In this document: piece by piece, positions 21,543 to 30,734 of the stretch
Numbering within the stretch: the stretch's first letter is position 1
Layout of the letters: every line of letters starts with the position of its first letter
Assembly (NCBI GenBank): GCA_964631125.1
Contig: CAZVYN010000005.1
Coordinates: forward strand, 34,230 to 98,229
Length of the DNA: 64,000 nt
Origin: an uncultured bacterium
GTDB taxonomy: Bacteria > Eisenbacteria > RBG-16-71-46 > CAIMUX01
Direction of reading: 5' to 3'
Notes under the pieces: model-generated
Told to the model about the DNA's origin: nothing
Databases searched by the model: none
Seen by the model: the letters and a program-made list of their open reading frames with translations, nothing else
Program-made: the position numbers and the translations under genes

Positions 21543-23133
21543 GCCGGCCGACGCCGCAGTAACCAGAGAGAGCACGCAGAGCGCTCCCTTCGCCGACACC
21601 GCAGCGCGGAACGGGACCGCTCTGCCCGCGCCCGAAGCTGCTCCGGTCACGGCCGGCGGATGGCCGACGCCCCCCCGCTCGCTCCAGCGGACCGACGTCG
21701 TGAAGACCGAAGTCGTGCTCCAATCGGTCGAGGCGGTCACGATTGCGAACGCGGATATGGCGATCCAGATTTCCCCGTTGGGGGCGACTCCGACGCAATG
21801 GTCCCTCAGCCGGTGGACGGACGCGAGGGAACAGGAAGTCCGTCTCGTTTCTCGCCAGAACGCTCGCCTGTTCGAGATGGCGATCGTCGACGATGGAAGT
21901 CGGATCGAGTTCCCCGACATCCAGTTCGAACAGCAGCCGTCGGTGGACGGGCAGGCGAGATTCGCGGCCACCGGCCCGGACGGCCAGCGGATCGCGCTCG
22001 ATTACCGGCTGGATGATACGTATCAAGTGGCGCTCGAGGTCACGCTGACTGGATTCGAGAACCCGGACGGGGAGCGTTCTCTCGAGATCGTCTTTCCGAG
22101 GGGCATTCCGAGCCAGGAGAAGATCTCGAAGCAGGACGAACAATCGGCCGCCGCGATGGCGATGGTCGGCAATCGTCTGGTCAAGCACCTCCATCACGGC
22201 AAGAAAGCCGGGTGGGCGGAAGAGGAAGAGGGCGTCGTCCGCTGGATCGGAATGCGCTCGAAGTACTTCCTCGTATCGATCGTTCCCGCGCAGAGCCCGG
22301 ACGCGCAAGTGTCCTTCCGGCGTGAGCGGGGAGAGCCGGACCTGAGTGCGACTCTGCTGCTGCCCCTCGGGCTTTCGGGAGAGTCGCGGTTCTCGTTCGG
22401 ATTGTACGGCGGACCGATGGAGTACCGCCGTCTGGAGGGACTCGGAGTCAACCTGGAGAAGGCGGTAGACCTCGGTTGGTCGATCTTCCTCCCCCTGACA
22501 CGACTCCTGCTCCGGTTCTTCCAGTGGATGCACGGCGCCGTCCCCAACTACGGCGTCGTCATCGTGATCCTATCCGTGATGGTCAAGCTGATCTTCTATC
22601 CGTTGACGAAGGCGAGCTTGAACAGCATGAAGCAGATGCAGGCGCTGAAGCCGGAAATGGATCGGCTGGCGGAGAAGTACAAGGACGAGCCGGAAAAGCG
22701 GAACAAGTCGACGCTGGAACTCTACCAGAAGCACAAGGTCAATCCGGTCAGCGGATGTCTTCCGATCTTGATCCAGATTCCTGTGTTCGGGGCGCTCTAC
22801 AACGTGTTCAACACGGCGATCGAACTGCGAAAGGCGCCCTTCGGGCTGTGGATCCAGGATCTGTCCGCCCCAGACAAGGTCGGGGCGATTCTCGGATTCC
22901 CTCTCCACGTTCTACCGCTCTTGCTCGCCGCGACCGCGATCATCCAACAGAAGCTGACTCCGACCGATCCGCGTCAGGCCGCGCTCATGTATCTGCTGCC
23001 CGTCATCACGACGGTGTTCTTCTATACGCTCCCCTCAGGACTCGTCCTCTATTGGACAGTCACCAACGTCCTACAGATCGGGCAGCAAATTCTCGTCAAC
23101 CGAAGCTCGGCGCCGCTCGCCAAGGCCGCGTGA
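21439..23133 (+). CDS. yidC: Membrane protein insertase YidC
   Basis: 564 aa. N-terminal TM, large periplasmic domain, then the conserved 5-TM core (PLTKASLNSMKQMQALKPEMDRLAEKYKD...CLPILIQIPVF). Confidence 0.9.
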   Translation: MDRRTLLAFLLATVVLVVYQLIAPPPGDRNPPRSEPADAAVTRESTQSAPFADTAARNGTALPAPEAAPVTAGGWPTPPRSLQRTDVVKTEVVLQSVEAVTIANADMAIQISPLGATPTQWSLSRWTDAREQEVRLVSRQNARLFEMAIVDDGSRIEFPDIQFEQQPSVDGQARFAATGPDGQRIALDYRLDDTYQVALEVTLTGFENPDGERSLEIVFPRGIPSQEKISKQDEQSAAAMAMVGNRLVKHLHHGKKAGWAEEEEGVVRWIGMRSKYFLVSIVPAQSPDAQVSFRRERGEPDLSATLLLPLGLSGESRFSFGLYGGPMEYRRLEGLGVNLEKAVDLGWSIFLPLTRLLLRFFQWMHGAVPNYGVVIVILSVMVKLIFYPLTKASLNSMKQMQALKPEMDRLAEKYKDEPEKRNKSTLELYQKHKVNPVSGCLPILIQIPVFGALYNVFNTAIELRKAPFGLWIQDLSAPDKVGAILGFPLHVLPLLLAATAIIQQKLTPTDPRQAALMYLLPVITTVFFYTLPSGLVLYWTVTNVLQIGQQILVNRSSAPLAKAA

Positions 23134-23165
23134 CGCGAAGGCCGCGAAGCAATCAGGAGAACGTG

Positions 23166-24506
23166 ATGAACCCCAGGAACGACCGGAATCTGAGAGCGGT
23201 CCGCAGCATCGAGCGGACCGGGAAGACAGTCGAAGACGCGGTGCGCGAGGCCATGCAGATGTTGCGTGTTTCGCGGGAAGAGATCGATATCGAGGTGCTC
23301 GAGGAAGGCCGAGGCGGGTTTCTCGGACTGGGCGCCAAGGAAGCGAGGATTCGGGCGCGCGTGCGCCAAGCCGGCGGACGCCCGGAGCGCAGCGAACGAC
23401 CGGGCCGGCCACCGGTTCGCGAGGAGTCGAGTCGCCGCCCGGATCGTGGACCCGAGGCTCGCGCCGCCGCCGCGGGACCCGCGCGTTCGGACAGCCCGCG
23501 CCAGGAAGCTCCAACCGCTCGGCCGTCGAGCCCGCGCGAGGACCGCGCGCCGCGGGATGATCGCGCGCCGCGCGACGATCGCGGCCCCCGTCGACGCGGC
23601 GGACGCGATCAAGCCGAGAGACCGGCGCCCGCGCCCCGCGCGGTGGCGCCCGCTCCGAGGGCCGACGGACCTCGACGCGAGCCTCGGGCGGCCGCGTCGA
23701 ACGGCGACCTCTCCGATCTGCTCCGCGACTTCGCCGGCGGGCTACTCGAACGGATCGGAATTCCTTCACAAGTCACTGTAGAACAACAAGATGGCGTTTA
23801 TGCCGTGGCCGTCGCTCCGAGCGGCGACGAGAGCCTGCTGATCGGTCGGGGGGGCGAGACACTCGACGCGATCCAGCACATCCTCTTGAAGACGGCGGCC
23901 CGCCGCCAGGAGGGAGTGCAAGTGCGACTCGACGTTGGCGGGTACCGTGACCGACGCGACGACGAGTTGGGAGAGAAGGCCAAGGAACTAGCGCAGGAAG
24001 TGCTCCGCACCGGCGACGGGATCACGACGGCCATGCTGCGCGCCTCGGAACGTCGCATCGTCCACCGGGCGGTCTCCGAGGTTCCTGGCGTCGCAACCAG
24101 GGCGCTCGGCGACGGCGCGTTGAAGAAGATCCTCATCGAGCCAGAGGGCGGGAGCACCGAGATCTCCCGCGAGGTGGACCTGCTCGGTGACGGAGGCGCC
24201 CGCGAGGAAGAAGGTTCGCGACCGCCCCGGAGCCGGCCGTTCGACGAAGAGCTGGGCGGAAGGGGTTCGAGCCGCGGCGGTCGGGGCCCGGCGGGCGGAC
24301 GCGGTCCGCGTGCGCGCCGATCCGAAGGTGACGACTTTGCACCGGCGCCGAGCGGCGATGTTTCGGAGACACCGATTCGAGCGCCGAGGACCGCACCGGC
24401 GCCTCCACCGGCGCCCAGGGAGCCGCGACCGGTTCCGCCGGAAACCCCGGCAGCGGGCGACGAGTGGGGCCGCAAGGCGAAGCCGGCCAAGGGTCGACGC
24501 CGCTAG
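23166..24506 (+). CDS. khpB: Jag/KhpB (EloR) RNA-binding protein, unusually long
   Basis: Jag_N (MNPRNDRNLRAVRSIERTGKTVEDAVREAM), KH (LLIGRGGETLDAIQHI) and R3H (RIVHRAV) domains. A long Arg/Pro/Asp/Glu-rich linker carries DRAPRD repeats; the Arg/Gly-rich C-terminal tail is a separate segment. Track ORF 22476..24506 begins out of context inside yidC. ATG 23166 is preceded by AGGAGA. Confidence 0.8.
   Translation: MNPRNDRNLRAVRSIERTGKTVEDAVREAMQMLRVSREEIDIEVLEEGRGGFLGLGAKEARIRARVRQAGGRPERSERPGRPPVREESSRRPDRGPEARAAAAGPARSDSPRQEAPTARPSSPREDRAPRDDRAPRDDRGPRRRGGRDQAERPAPAPRAVAPAPRADGPRREPRAAASNGDLSDLLRDFAGGLLERIGIPSQVTVEQQDGVYAVAVAPSGDESLLIGRGGETLDAIQHILLKTAARRQEGVQVRLDVGGYRDRRDDELGEKAKELAQEVLRTGDGITTAMLRASERRIVHRAVSEVPGVATRALGDGALKKILIEPEGGSTEISREVDLLGDGGAREEEGSRPPRSRPFDEELGGRGSSRGGRGPAGGRGPRARRSEGDDFAPAPSGDVSETPIRAPRTAPAPPPAPREPRPVPPETPAAGDEWGRKAKPAKGRRR
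23538..23579 (+). repeat. Short tandem repeat encoding (E)DRAPRD x2-3 within jag linker
   Basis: gaccgcgcgccgcgggat / gatcgcgcgccgcgcgac / gatcgcggcccccgtcga are near-identical 18-nt units. Confidence 0.5.
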
Positions 24507-25277
24507 GTGCCGAGAGCGCCTCGCTCGCGCGCGAGCGGAAACCGGTTCGACGCGCAACCGGCCCCACCGCGCCGACCCCGACCGCACGGGAGAACTCCGG
24601 CCGAGTTCGAGCAATTGAACTCGGACCGAGAGGTGCTCCTCCGCCAGTTGGAAGAGGCGGGCGTGGCCGTCGACTCGACCGCCGCGGAAAACCTCGGTCG
24701 GTTTGCCCGTGCGGTACTCGAATGGAACGATCGGCTGAATCTCGTTTCCCGGCGGGACGCCGCGAATGTGTTCCGAAAACACATCGCGGCGTCCGCGGGA
24801 GTACTGACGGTCGCCGAGCCGCAAATCGGAGAGCGCTGGGTAGATGTCGGTACCGGGGCTGGATTCCCCGGAGTGGTCATCAAGATCCTCCGGCCGCAGC
24901 TCGTCATTACCCTGGTCGAGTCGTCACACAAGCGCTGCGTCTTCTTGGAAGCCATCGTGCGCGAGCTCGGCTTGACTTCGGTCGACGTTCGCGCGATGCG
25001 CGCGGAAACCCTCCTTGGGCGCGATGGCGCGGAACACAATTTCGACCTGCTCACGAGCCGCGCGGTCAGCTCCCTGGAGGAGTCGGTCCGAGAGTTCGCG
25101 GGGTTGCTCCGCCCGGGCGGCCGATTCTTGACGTTCAAAGGACCCAGTTGGGAGGCCGAACTCGCGGCCGCACAAACGGCGCTGACTGCCGCAGGCCTCA
25201 GGTTCGTCGAAACGCGTGAGATGCCTTGGGTGACGGGGCGGATCGTGGTCCTCGAGAAGAACGCCAGCACCACATAG
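24507..25277 (+). CDS. rsmG: 16S rRNA (guanine527-N7)-methyltransferase RsmG (GidB)
   Basis: SAM-binding VDVGTGAGFPG plus RsmG-specific blocks. The first ~30 aa (Arg/Pro-rich) are probably not part of the protein, so the true start is likely 24.56-24.60 kb. Confidence 0.8.
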   Translation: MPRAPRSRASGNRFDAQPAPPRRPRPHGRTPAEFEQLNSDREVLLRQLEEAGVAVDSTAAENLGRFARAVLEWNDRLNLVSRRDAANVFRKHIAASAGVLTVAEPQIGERWVDVGTGAGFPGVVIKILRPQLVITLVESSHKRCVFLEAIVRELGLTSVDVRAMRAETLLGRDGAEHNFDLLTSRAVSSLEESVREFAGLLRPGGRFLTFKGPSWEAELAAAQTALTAAGLRFVETREMPWVTGRIVVLEKNASTT

Positions 25278-25352
25278 CCGCCCAATTTCCTCTATACTGG
25301 ACGGACGGCGCGGTGGATCGCGCTGCCCCGAGGTTTCTTGCCGACCAGCCGG

Positions 25353-25368
25353 TGTTCCACGTGAAACT
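25353..25368. promoter_or_regulatory. parS-like centromere site (TGTTCCACGTGAAACT)
   Basis: 15/16 match to the TGTTTCACGTGAAACA palindrome, ~100 bp upstream of parA. Confidence 0.6.
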
Positions 25369-25468
25369 TCGCGTTGACCCCTACCTGATGGGTTGTTAGC
25401 TTCCCGCCGCGTCTTCCCCGATCCCTCCTCGCCAACCCGAGCAATTCCACGTCACCGCCGGCCCGCAA

Positions 25469-26356
25469 ATGAACGGATTCGAGATGGACTTCGGCGATAG
25501 CCCAGAGGATCCGAGCGGCGTGACGGACACGGCGACCGACGATTCCCTAGAGGAGGCGCAGTCCGGTCCTGCTTCGCCCGATCTCCGACCGACCAAGCTC
25601 GCCCGCGTGATCGCTGTCGTGAACCAGAAGGGTGGCGTGGGGAAAACCACGACCACGATCAACCTGGGCGCCGCGCTAGCCCTGCTCGATCGGAGAGTGT
25701 TGATCGTCGACTTGGATCCGCAGGCGAACGCGACGTCCGGGATCGGATTGCCTCGCGGGCGGGCGGCGTCCTACGAGTTGTTGGTCGGGGATGCTGATGT
25801 TGGGAGCCTGCTCGAGAAAACCGAGATCGCACACCTCGACATCGTGCCGTCAGCAGCGGAACTCGCCGGCGCCGAAGTGGAGCTGGTGGGCGAAGTCCAG
25901 CGCGAATCCGTGCTACGGCGGCGAATCGCAAGTTTCGCGAGCGACTACGACTACATCTTCATCGACTGCCCGCCATCGCTCGGGCTGATCACACTGAACG
26001 CTCTGGTCGCGGCCTCCTCTGTGCTCATTCCGCTTCAGTGCGAGTACTACGCCCTGGAAGGGATCGGCCACCTACTCAACACCCTCAAGTTGGTGCAGGA
26101 ACGCTTGAATCCGGATCTCCGGATCGAGGGAATCCTGCTGACCATGTTCGATGGGCGCCTCAATCTTTCGGTGCAGGTCGCAGAGGATGCGCGGCGGCAC
26201 TTCGGGAGCAAAGTCTACGCGACCATGATCCCGAGGAATGTCCGACTGAGCGAAGCGCCTAGCTTCGGCAAGCCAATCGTCCTGTATGACCCCGCCTGCA
26301 CGGGAGCCGTGAGTTACATCAACCTCGCGAAGGAAGTAGACAGCCATGAACGGTAG
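25469..26356 (+). CDS. parA: Chromosome partitioning ATPase ParA (Soj)
   Basis: Deviant Walker A KGGVGKTTT plus ParA blocks. The first ~40 aa form an acidic extension. Confidence 0.9.
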   Translation: MNGFEMDFGDSPEDPSGVTDTATDDSLEEAQSGPASPDLRPTKLARVIAVVNQKGGVGKTTTTINLGAALALLDRRVLIVDLDPQANATSGIGLPRGRAASYELLVGDADVGSLLEKTEIAHLDIVPSAAELAGAEVELVGEVQRESVLRRRIASFASDYDYIFIDCPPSLGLITLNALVAASSVLIPLQCEYYALEGIGHLLNTLKLVQERLNPDLRIEGILLTMFDGRLNLSVQVAEDARRHFGSKVYATMIPRNVRLSEAPSFGKPIVLYDPACTGAVSYINLAKEVDSHER

Positions 26357-27245
26357 GCGTGTGCTCGGGAGGGGTCTCGACTCGCTCATCCCGCAACCGC
26401 AGGAGGCCGGCCCGACGGTAGCCGCCCCGGCGCTCATGCCGGGCACCGAGGTGGCTCAGGTGCACTGGATTCCGGTAGAACAGATCGTTCCGAATCCGCG
26501 GCAGCCGCGCACCCTCTTCAACGACGAGAAATTGCATGACCTGGCGCGGTCGATTCAGGAGAAGGGCATCCTGGAGCCACTTATTGTCCGGCCCGTGGAA
26601 GGCGGCGGGTTTGAACTGGTGGCGGGCGAGCGACGCCTCCGAGCCGCACAGTTGATCGGTCACGCGGAGGTCCCCGTGCTCTTTCGGGCGCTCGACGACC
26701 GCGCATCCCTGGAGATCGCGCTCATCGAGAACCTACAGCGAGAGGACCTCAATCCGGTGGACGAGGCGCGCGCCTACCAGAAACTGGCCGAGGAGTTTGG
26801 CCGGACGCATGCTGACATCTCGAAGGAAGTTGGGAAGGATCGAAGCACGATCACCAATCTACTCCGAATTCTCCGACTTCCCGAGTCGCTGCTCGAAGAG
26901 GTTTCACGTGGAACACTCTCCGTGGGTCACGCGCGCGTCTTGCTCGCGTTCGAGGACCGCGACGAGCAGCTCAAGGTGGGTCGGCGAATGCTCGAGGAGG
27001 CGTGGAGCGTCCGACAGGCCGAGCGCCATCTGGCCGAACGGAGCACGACGCGGCCGAAGAAGGCCGCAGCCGTCGCCCCTCAAAGAGATCGACAAGTCGT
27101 CAGGGTCGAAGAAGCGCTGCAATATGCCCTCGGTACGCAGGTAGTCCTGACGCATAGCGCCAAAGGCGGCAAGATCGAGATCCGCTACTTCAGCGACGAA
27201 GAGTTGGAGCGCATCCTCGAAATCCTGGGCATCGAGATCCGCTGA
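26346..27245 (+). CDS. parB: Chromosome partitioning protein ParB (Spo0J)
   Basis: ParB box GERRLRAA and HTH (ISKEVGKDRSTITNLLRIL). Overlaps parA by 11 nt. Confidence 0.9.
   Translation: MNGRRVLGRGLDSLIPQPQEAGPTVAAPALMPGTEVAQVHWIPVEQIVPNPRQPRTLFNDEKLHDLARSIQEKGILEPLIVRPVEGGGFELVAGERRLRAAQLIGHAEVPVLFRALDDRASLEIALIENLQREDLNPVDEARAYQKLAEEFGRTHADISKEVGKDRSTITNLLRILRLPESLLEEVSRGTLSVGHARVLLAFEDRDEQLKVGRRMLEEAWSVRQAERHLAERSTTRPKKAAAVAPQRDRQVVRVEEALQYALGTQVVLTHSAKGGKIEIRYFSDEELERILEILGIEIR
26900..26915. promoter_or_regulatory. Second parS-like site (GGTTTCACGTGGAACA) inside parB
   Basis: One mismatch to the parS core palindrome. Intragenic parS within parB is common. Confidence 0.5.
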
Positions 27246-27249
27246 GAAG

Positions 27250-28041
27250 ATGCACTCACGAACGCCGGATTCCAGGGCCTCACGGCAAGAGACGATCTCG
27301 ATCGTGGTTGCGCCATCCAGAACCGGCGTCGTGCGCCAATGGGAGGTTCCGGAGCGCGCGGGCCGGATTCTCCTCGTCCTCTGCCTGGTTCTGGCGATCG
27401 GTGCCATCGCCGGGGCCGTAGTCTTCGCCCGGGCCGTTCAAACCGCCAGCCGGGTTCGCTCGCTCGAAACCGAGAACGCGTCGTTGCGAACACAATTCGC
27501 GCGCGTGGATGAGTTGGAACGCAAGCTGTACGACCTGTCCCGGCAAAACGCGAAAATGCGCCTGCTCGCTGGAATCGAGGAGGCGAGTTCCGGGCGACCC
27601 CAGCCGACACGCACGCCTCCGCAGGCTGGAGCGTCCGCCGAGTATATCGCGCCGTATCGAGGTCCGATCTCCCGGGGATTCCACGCAAGTGGGGATCGCG
27701 AGTCGCATCCCGGAACCGACATCTCAGGGCCCCGAGGGGCGGACGTCGTGGCTGCGGCCGATGGCGTGGTCACTCGCGCAGAGTTCGACGCGATCTACGG
27801 GAACTGCATCGTCCTCGAACATGCTGACGGATACGAATCGCTGTACGGTCACGCGGATAGTCTCTTTGTCGCGAAGGGCCAGCGCGTGCGCGCCGGCGAC
27901 AGCATCGCGGCTCTGGGGAACACTGGGCAGAGCACCGCCCCGCACCTTCATTTCGAAGTCAGGAAGGACGGGGAGCCGGTGGACCCGGCGGCGTTCGTGA
28001 CAGGCTATTGGACAGGCCGGTCTGATCATGCGGACAAGTGA
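27250..28041 (+). CDS. M23 family metallopeptidase (LytM-like) with N-terminal TM and coiled-coil
   Basis: HxxxD and HxH motifs (HPGTDI...; GNTGQSTAPHLHFEV). N-terminal TM anchor plus coiled-coil is typical of divisome and shape-associated M23 proteins. Confidence 0.85.
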   Translation: MHSRTPDSRASRQETISIVVAPSRTGVVRQWEVPERAGRILLVLCLVLAIGAIAGAVVFARAVQTASRVRSLETENASLRTQFARVDELERKLYDLSRQNAKMRLLAGIEEASSGRPQPTRTPPQAGASAEYIAPYRGPISRGFHASGDRESHPGTDISGPRGADVVAAADGVVTRAEFDAIYGNCIVLEHADGYESLYGHADSLFVAKGQRVRAGDSIAALGNTGQSTAPHLHFEVRKDGEPVDPAAFVTGYWTGRSDHADK

Positions 28042-28095
28042 GGGAACGGGGATCGATCCCGGGAGATTGGATCACGGATGAAGAGGGAGGGGTCA

Positions 28096-28548
28096 ATGTT
28101 CGGCAAGAACGCGGAAGCAGCGCCGGCAGGAGGAAAGCACACGCAGTCGATCCTGCAGGAGGGAGTCTTCCTGAGGGGCGAATTCGACGCGAAGGGTGAC
28201 GTTCGGCTCGACGGGCGGCTCGACGGGAAGATCCGGGTATCGGAGCGACTCACCATCGGTGCGGCGGGAAGGCTCGAGGCCGACGTCGAAGCAGCTGAAG
28301 TGATCGTGATGGGAGAGGTGAAGGGAACGATCCGCGCGCAGCGCCGGCTGGAGATGCGAAAAGGCGCGAGAGTCACGGGCGATGTGTCCTGCCCGAATCT
28401 GATCGTCGAAGAGGGCGTCTTCTTCCAGGGTCATTCGAGCATGGGAGCGGTCGCTGCGGAGGGGCTGGAGGTCGTCGCCGGCGGGAAGCCCAGAGAGTCT
28501 CAAGCAAAGCCAGGCGACGGGGACGAGTTCAGGCACATGGTCCAGTAG
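28096..28548 (+). CDS. Bactofilin (polymer-forming cytoskeletal protein)
   Basis: DUF583 beta-helical repeats (LRGEFDAKGDVRLDGRLDGKIRVSERLTIGAAGRLEADVEAAEVIVMGEVKG). ATG at M7 of the track ORF is preceded by AGAGGGAGGGG. Confidence 0.8.
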   Translation: MFGKNAEAAPAGGKHTQSILQEGVFLRGEFDAKGDVRLDGRLDGKIRVSERLTIGAAGRLEADVEAAEVIVMGEVKGTIRAQRRLEMRKGARVTGDVSCPNLIVEEGVFFQGHSSMGAVAAEGLEVVAGGKPRESQAKPGDGDEFRHMVQ

Positions 28549-28850
28549 TAAGTCCCGCGACCGCCCCGTCCAACGTTCCGTCGGAATGAGGAAAGCCTTC
28601 GCAATCGCCCTCGATACGTGTGGACAATCCAGTAACAACATGTCACGCAATGTTTTAGAGTGTCGATGACTTGTTGATATCGACAACCCGCGGGCTTGGG
28701 TGGAACCGCACCGCCACGGCCGCCCGAATCGGCTTTCTGTTTGACACGTCAAAAGTTGCAAGCCTAAGATCCGCCGCGGATTCCGGGGAGGACGCGACGT
28801 CCGAATCAGGAGTCTCTTCGCCGCTTGGGGTTGGAAAGGGAAGTCTCGGA

Positions 28851-30680
28851 ATGCTTGTTTCGCGTCGAAGGGGTGTCGACAGAGTGGCCAAGAGTCCCGA
28901 GGGAAGGTGCAGAGTTCCAGTAGCACTGCTGTGGCATCCCTTGTCCTGGTTTGCGATGGTCCTGCCCGTGCTCCTGATCTCCCTGGGCGCTTGCTCAGAG
29001 GATGATCCACCGACTCCTCCCGACACTCAGCCTCCCGAAGTGCTCCTGGTCTATCCGACGCGCGACGTCGACGACCCATTCACGGTCAGCGACTCTGTCG
29101 ACGTTGTTGTCGTTGCGCGAGATCAATCCGGCATCTCTTCGGTTGAGATGTATTTCTCGCGCCCCGGCGATCCGGCGAGAACATTGATCGGCCAGACAGC
29201 GAACTCGGTGGAACTGAGCGACCTGCCGGACAGCGTGGCCAAGGCGATCACGGTTCCTGACGGCTTCTCGCTCTACTCGGTGCGCTGGAGAACCGCAACG
29301 ATCCGAAGCGGCTCGACTCCGCAGGTGCTCTCGGTCGCTCTCGATGCGAACGGCAATCGGGGTGTCTCGAGCGACCTCACGGTCTATGTCCTGAATCGCG
29401 GACAACGACTCGAGCCGCCGAGGGTGGATTTCATCATCTCGCCCCCGAATGGCTCATTCCATGACGAGTTTGCTTTCGACCCGACCGGGTTGACGTTCGA
29501 CGAGAGCGAGATCAATACGCCGGAACAGATCCGCCTGCGATGGGACTTCAACGGCGACGCTCGACCCTCTGACCCTGACGAGAGTCGCTGGGAAGTAAAG
29601 TGGTCCGATCGCGCGAACGCCTCCCAAGTGCAGCGCTATACGTACCAAGGCGCGGGGAGCTATATCGTCAAGGCCGAAGCCAGAAATACGTACTTGGAGA
29701 ACGAGACATCGATTCGGCAGCGCTCGCTCATCGTCAGCGCGTCGGTCACGGATCCGGCGCCGCCGAACCCGGAGGACTATCTGCTGCTGCCGGCCGGCAC
29801 GTACCGCGTCGGGAATGCAGACTCCACGATGCTCAGAAGCGGCCTGGCCGACGCCGACGAGTACCCGAATCACGCCGTGCGTCTGAACTTCAACGCGAGA
29901 GTCTCGAAGTTCGAAGTCACCACCGCTCTCTACCTCGGGTACATCAACGAGGCATCGCAAGCGGACCCGCCGCTGGTCCGTCTCGTCGCTGGACAGATCG
30001 TCTTCAATGATCTTGCAGCGCCGGTGGACTCGGCGGATCACGTCTACGTGTCGCTGGACGACACGAGAATCTTCTTCGATCCGGACGACAGCCAGTTCCG
30101 GATCCGGGCGGGATACGAGCAACACCCGATGACCGGCGTCACCTTCCGTGGCGCCCTGGCCTACTGCTCCCACTACGGACTCCGGCTCTTGACGGAATCG
30201 GAGTGGGAGGTCCTGGCTCGAGGCGATTCGTTGGCTTGGAGTTACCCCTACGGTCGGTCGCTCTTCGACGGCGATCCGACGGGCCAGAGGCGGATCAATT
30301 ACGAGGACTCGGGAGATCCCTTCGAAGACGATAGTTCGGACATTCTGTCCGGGACGACTCCGGTTGGGTTCTATGACGGACGCGTTGCCTCGGGATTCGA
30401 GACCATCGACACACCCAGCCCGCTGCTCCCGGTAGGCGCGTACGACGTCAGCGGAAATGTCGCTGAGTGGGTAGGCGACTGGTACGCACGGTATGGGCGC
30501 GACCAGCTCGAGGATCCGACCGGCCCGTTGGAGGGTGTCTTCAAGGTCATCCGGGGGGGCAGCCACGTCAACGGACCACGCGGCGTGCGCGTGACGGCCC
30601 GCGCCATCGGTTCGGTCAACGAGTCGTATCCCACGGTCGGCTTCCGCCCTGCCTACACGGATTTCGAGGGGCTTCGGTAG
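28851..30680 (+). CDS. Lipoprotein with PKD-like domain and C-terminal FGE/SUMF1 (formylglycine-generating-enzyme-like) domain
   Basis: Signal plus lipobox (LLISLGAC) and a PKD-like segment (IRLRWDFNGD). The C-terminal FGE-sulfatase fold has GYRLLTESEWE, NVAEWVGDWY and VIRGGS motifs. Start moved to ATG at M61 of the track ORF (Arg-rich n-region, GGAAGG upstream). Confidence 0.7.
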   Translation: MLVSRRRGVDRVAKSPEGRCRVPVALLWHPLSWFAMVLPVLLISLGACSEDDPPTPPDTQPPEVLLVYPTRDVDDPFTVSDSVDVVVVARDQSGISSVEMYFSRPGDPARTLIGQTANSVELSDLPDSVAKAITVPDGFSLYSVRWRTATIRSGSTPQVLSVALDANGNRGVSSDLTVYVLNRGQRLEPPRVDFIISPPNGSFHDEFAFDPTGLTFDESEINTPEQIRLRWDFNGDARPSDPDESRWEVKWSDRANASQVQRYTYQGAGSYIVKAEARNTYLENETSIRQRSLIVSASVTDPAPPNPEDYLLLPAGTYRVGNADSTMLRSGLADADEYPNHAVRLNFNARVSKFEVTTALYLGYINEASQADPPLVRLVAGQIVFNDLAAPVDSADHVYVSLDDTRIFFDPDDSQFRIRAGYEQHPMTGVTFRGALAYCSHYGLRLLTESEWEVLARGDSLAWSYPYGRSLFDGDPTGQRRINYEDSGDPFEDDSSDILSGTTPVGFYDGRVASGFETIDTPSPLLPVGAYDVSGNVAEWVGDWYARYGRDQLEDPTGPLEGVFKVIRGGSHVNGPRGVRVTARAIGSVNESYPTVGFRPAYTDFEGLR

Positions 30681-30734
30681 AAGCGAGTCGAGACTCGGCG
30701 CGCCGCTCTCGGGCCCGTTTCCCTGCAGGCAGGA

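Noticed and set aside
21115-22533. 472-aa - strand ORF opposite yidD/yidC
   Set aside because: Antisense to yidC, with an Arg/Gly-rich artefactual translation.
22476-23165. N-terminal 230 codons of the 676-aa ORF ending in jag
   Set aside because: This part lies inside yidC in another frame. A Jag_N domain and a strong RBS mark the real start at 23166.
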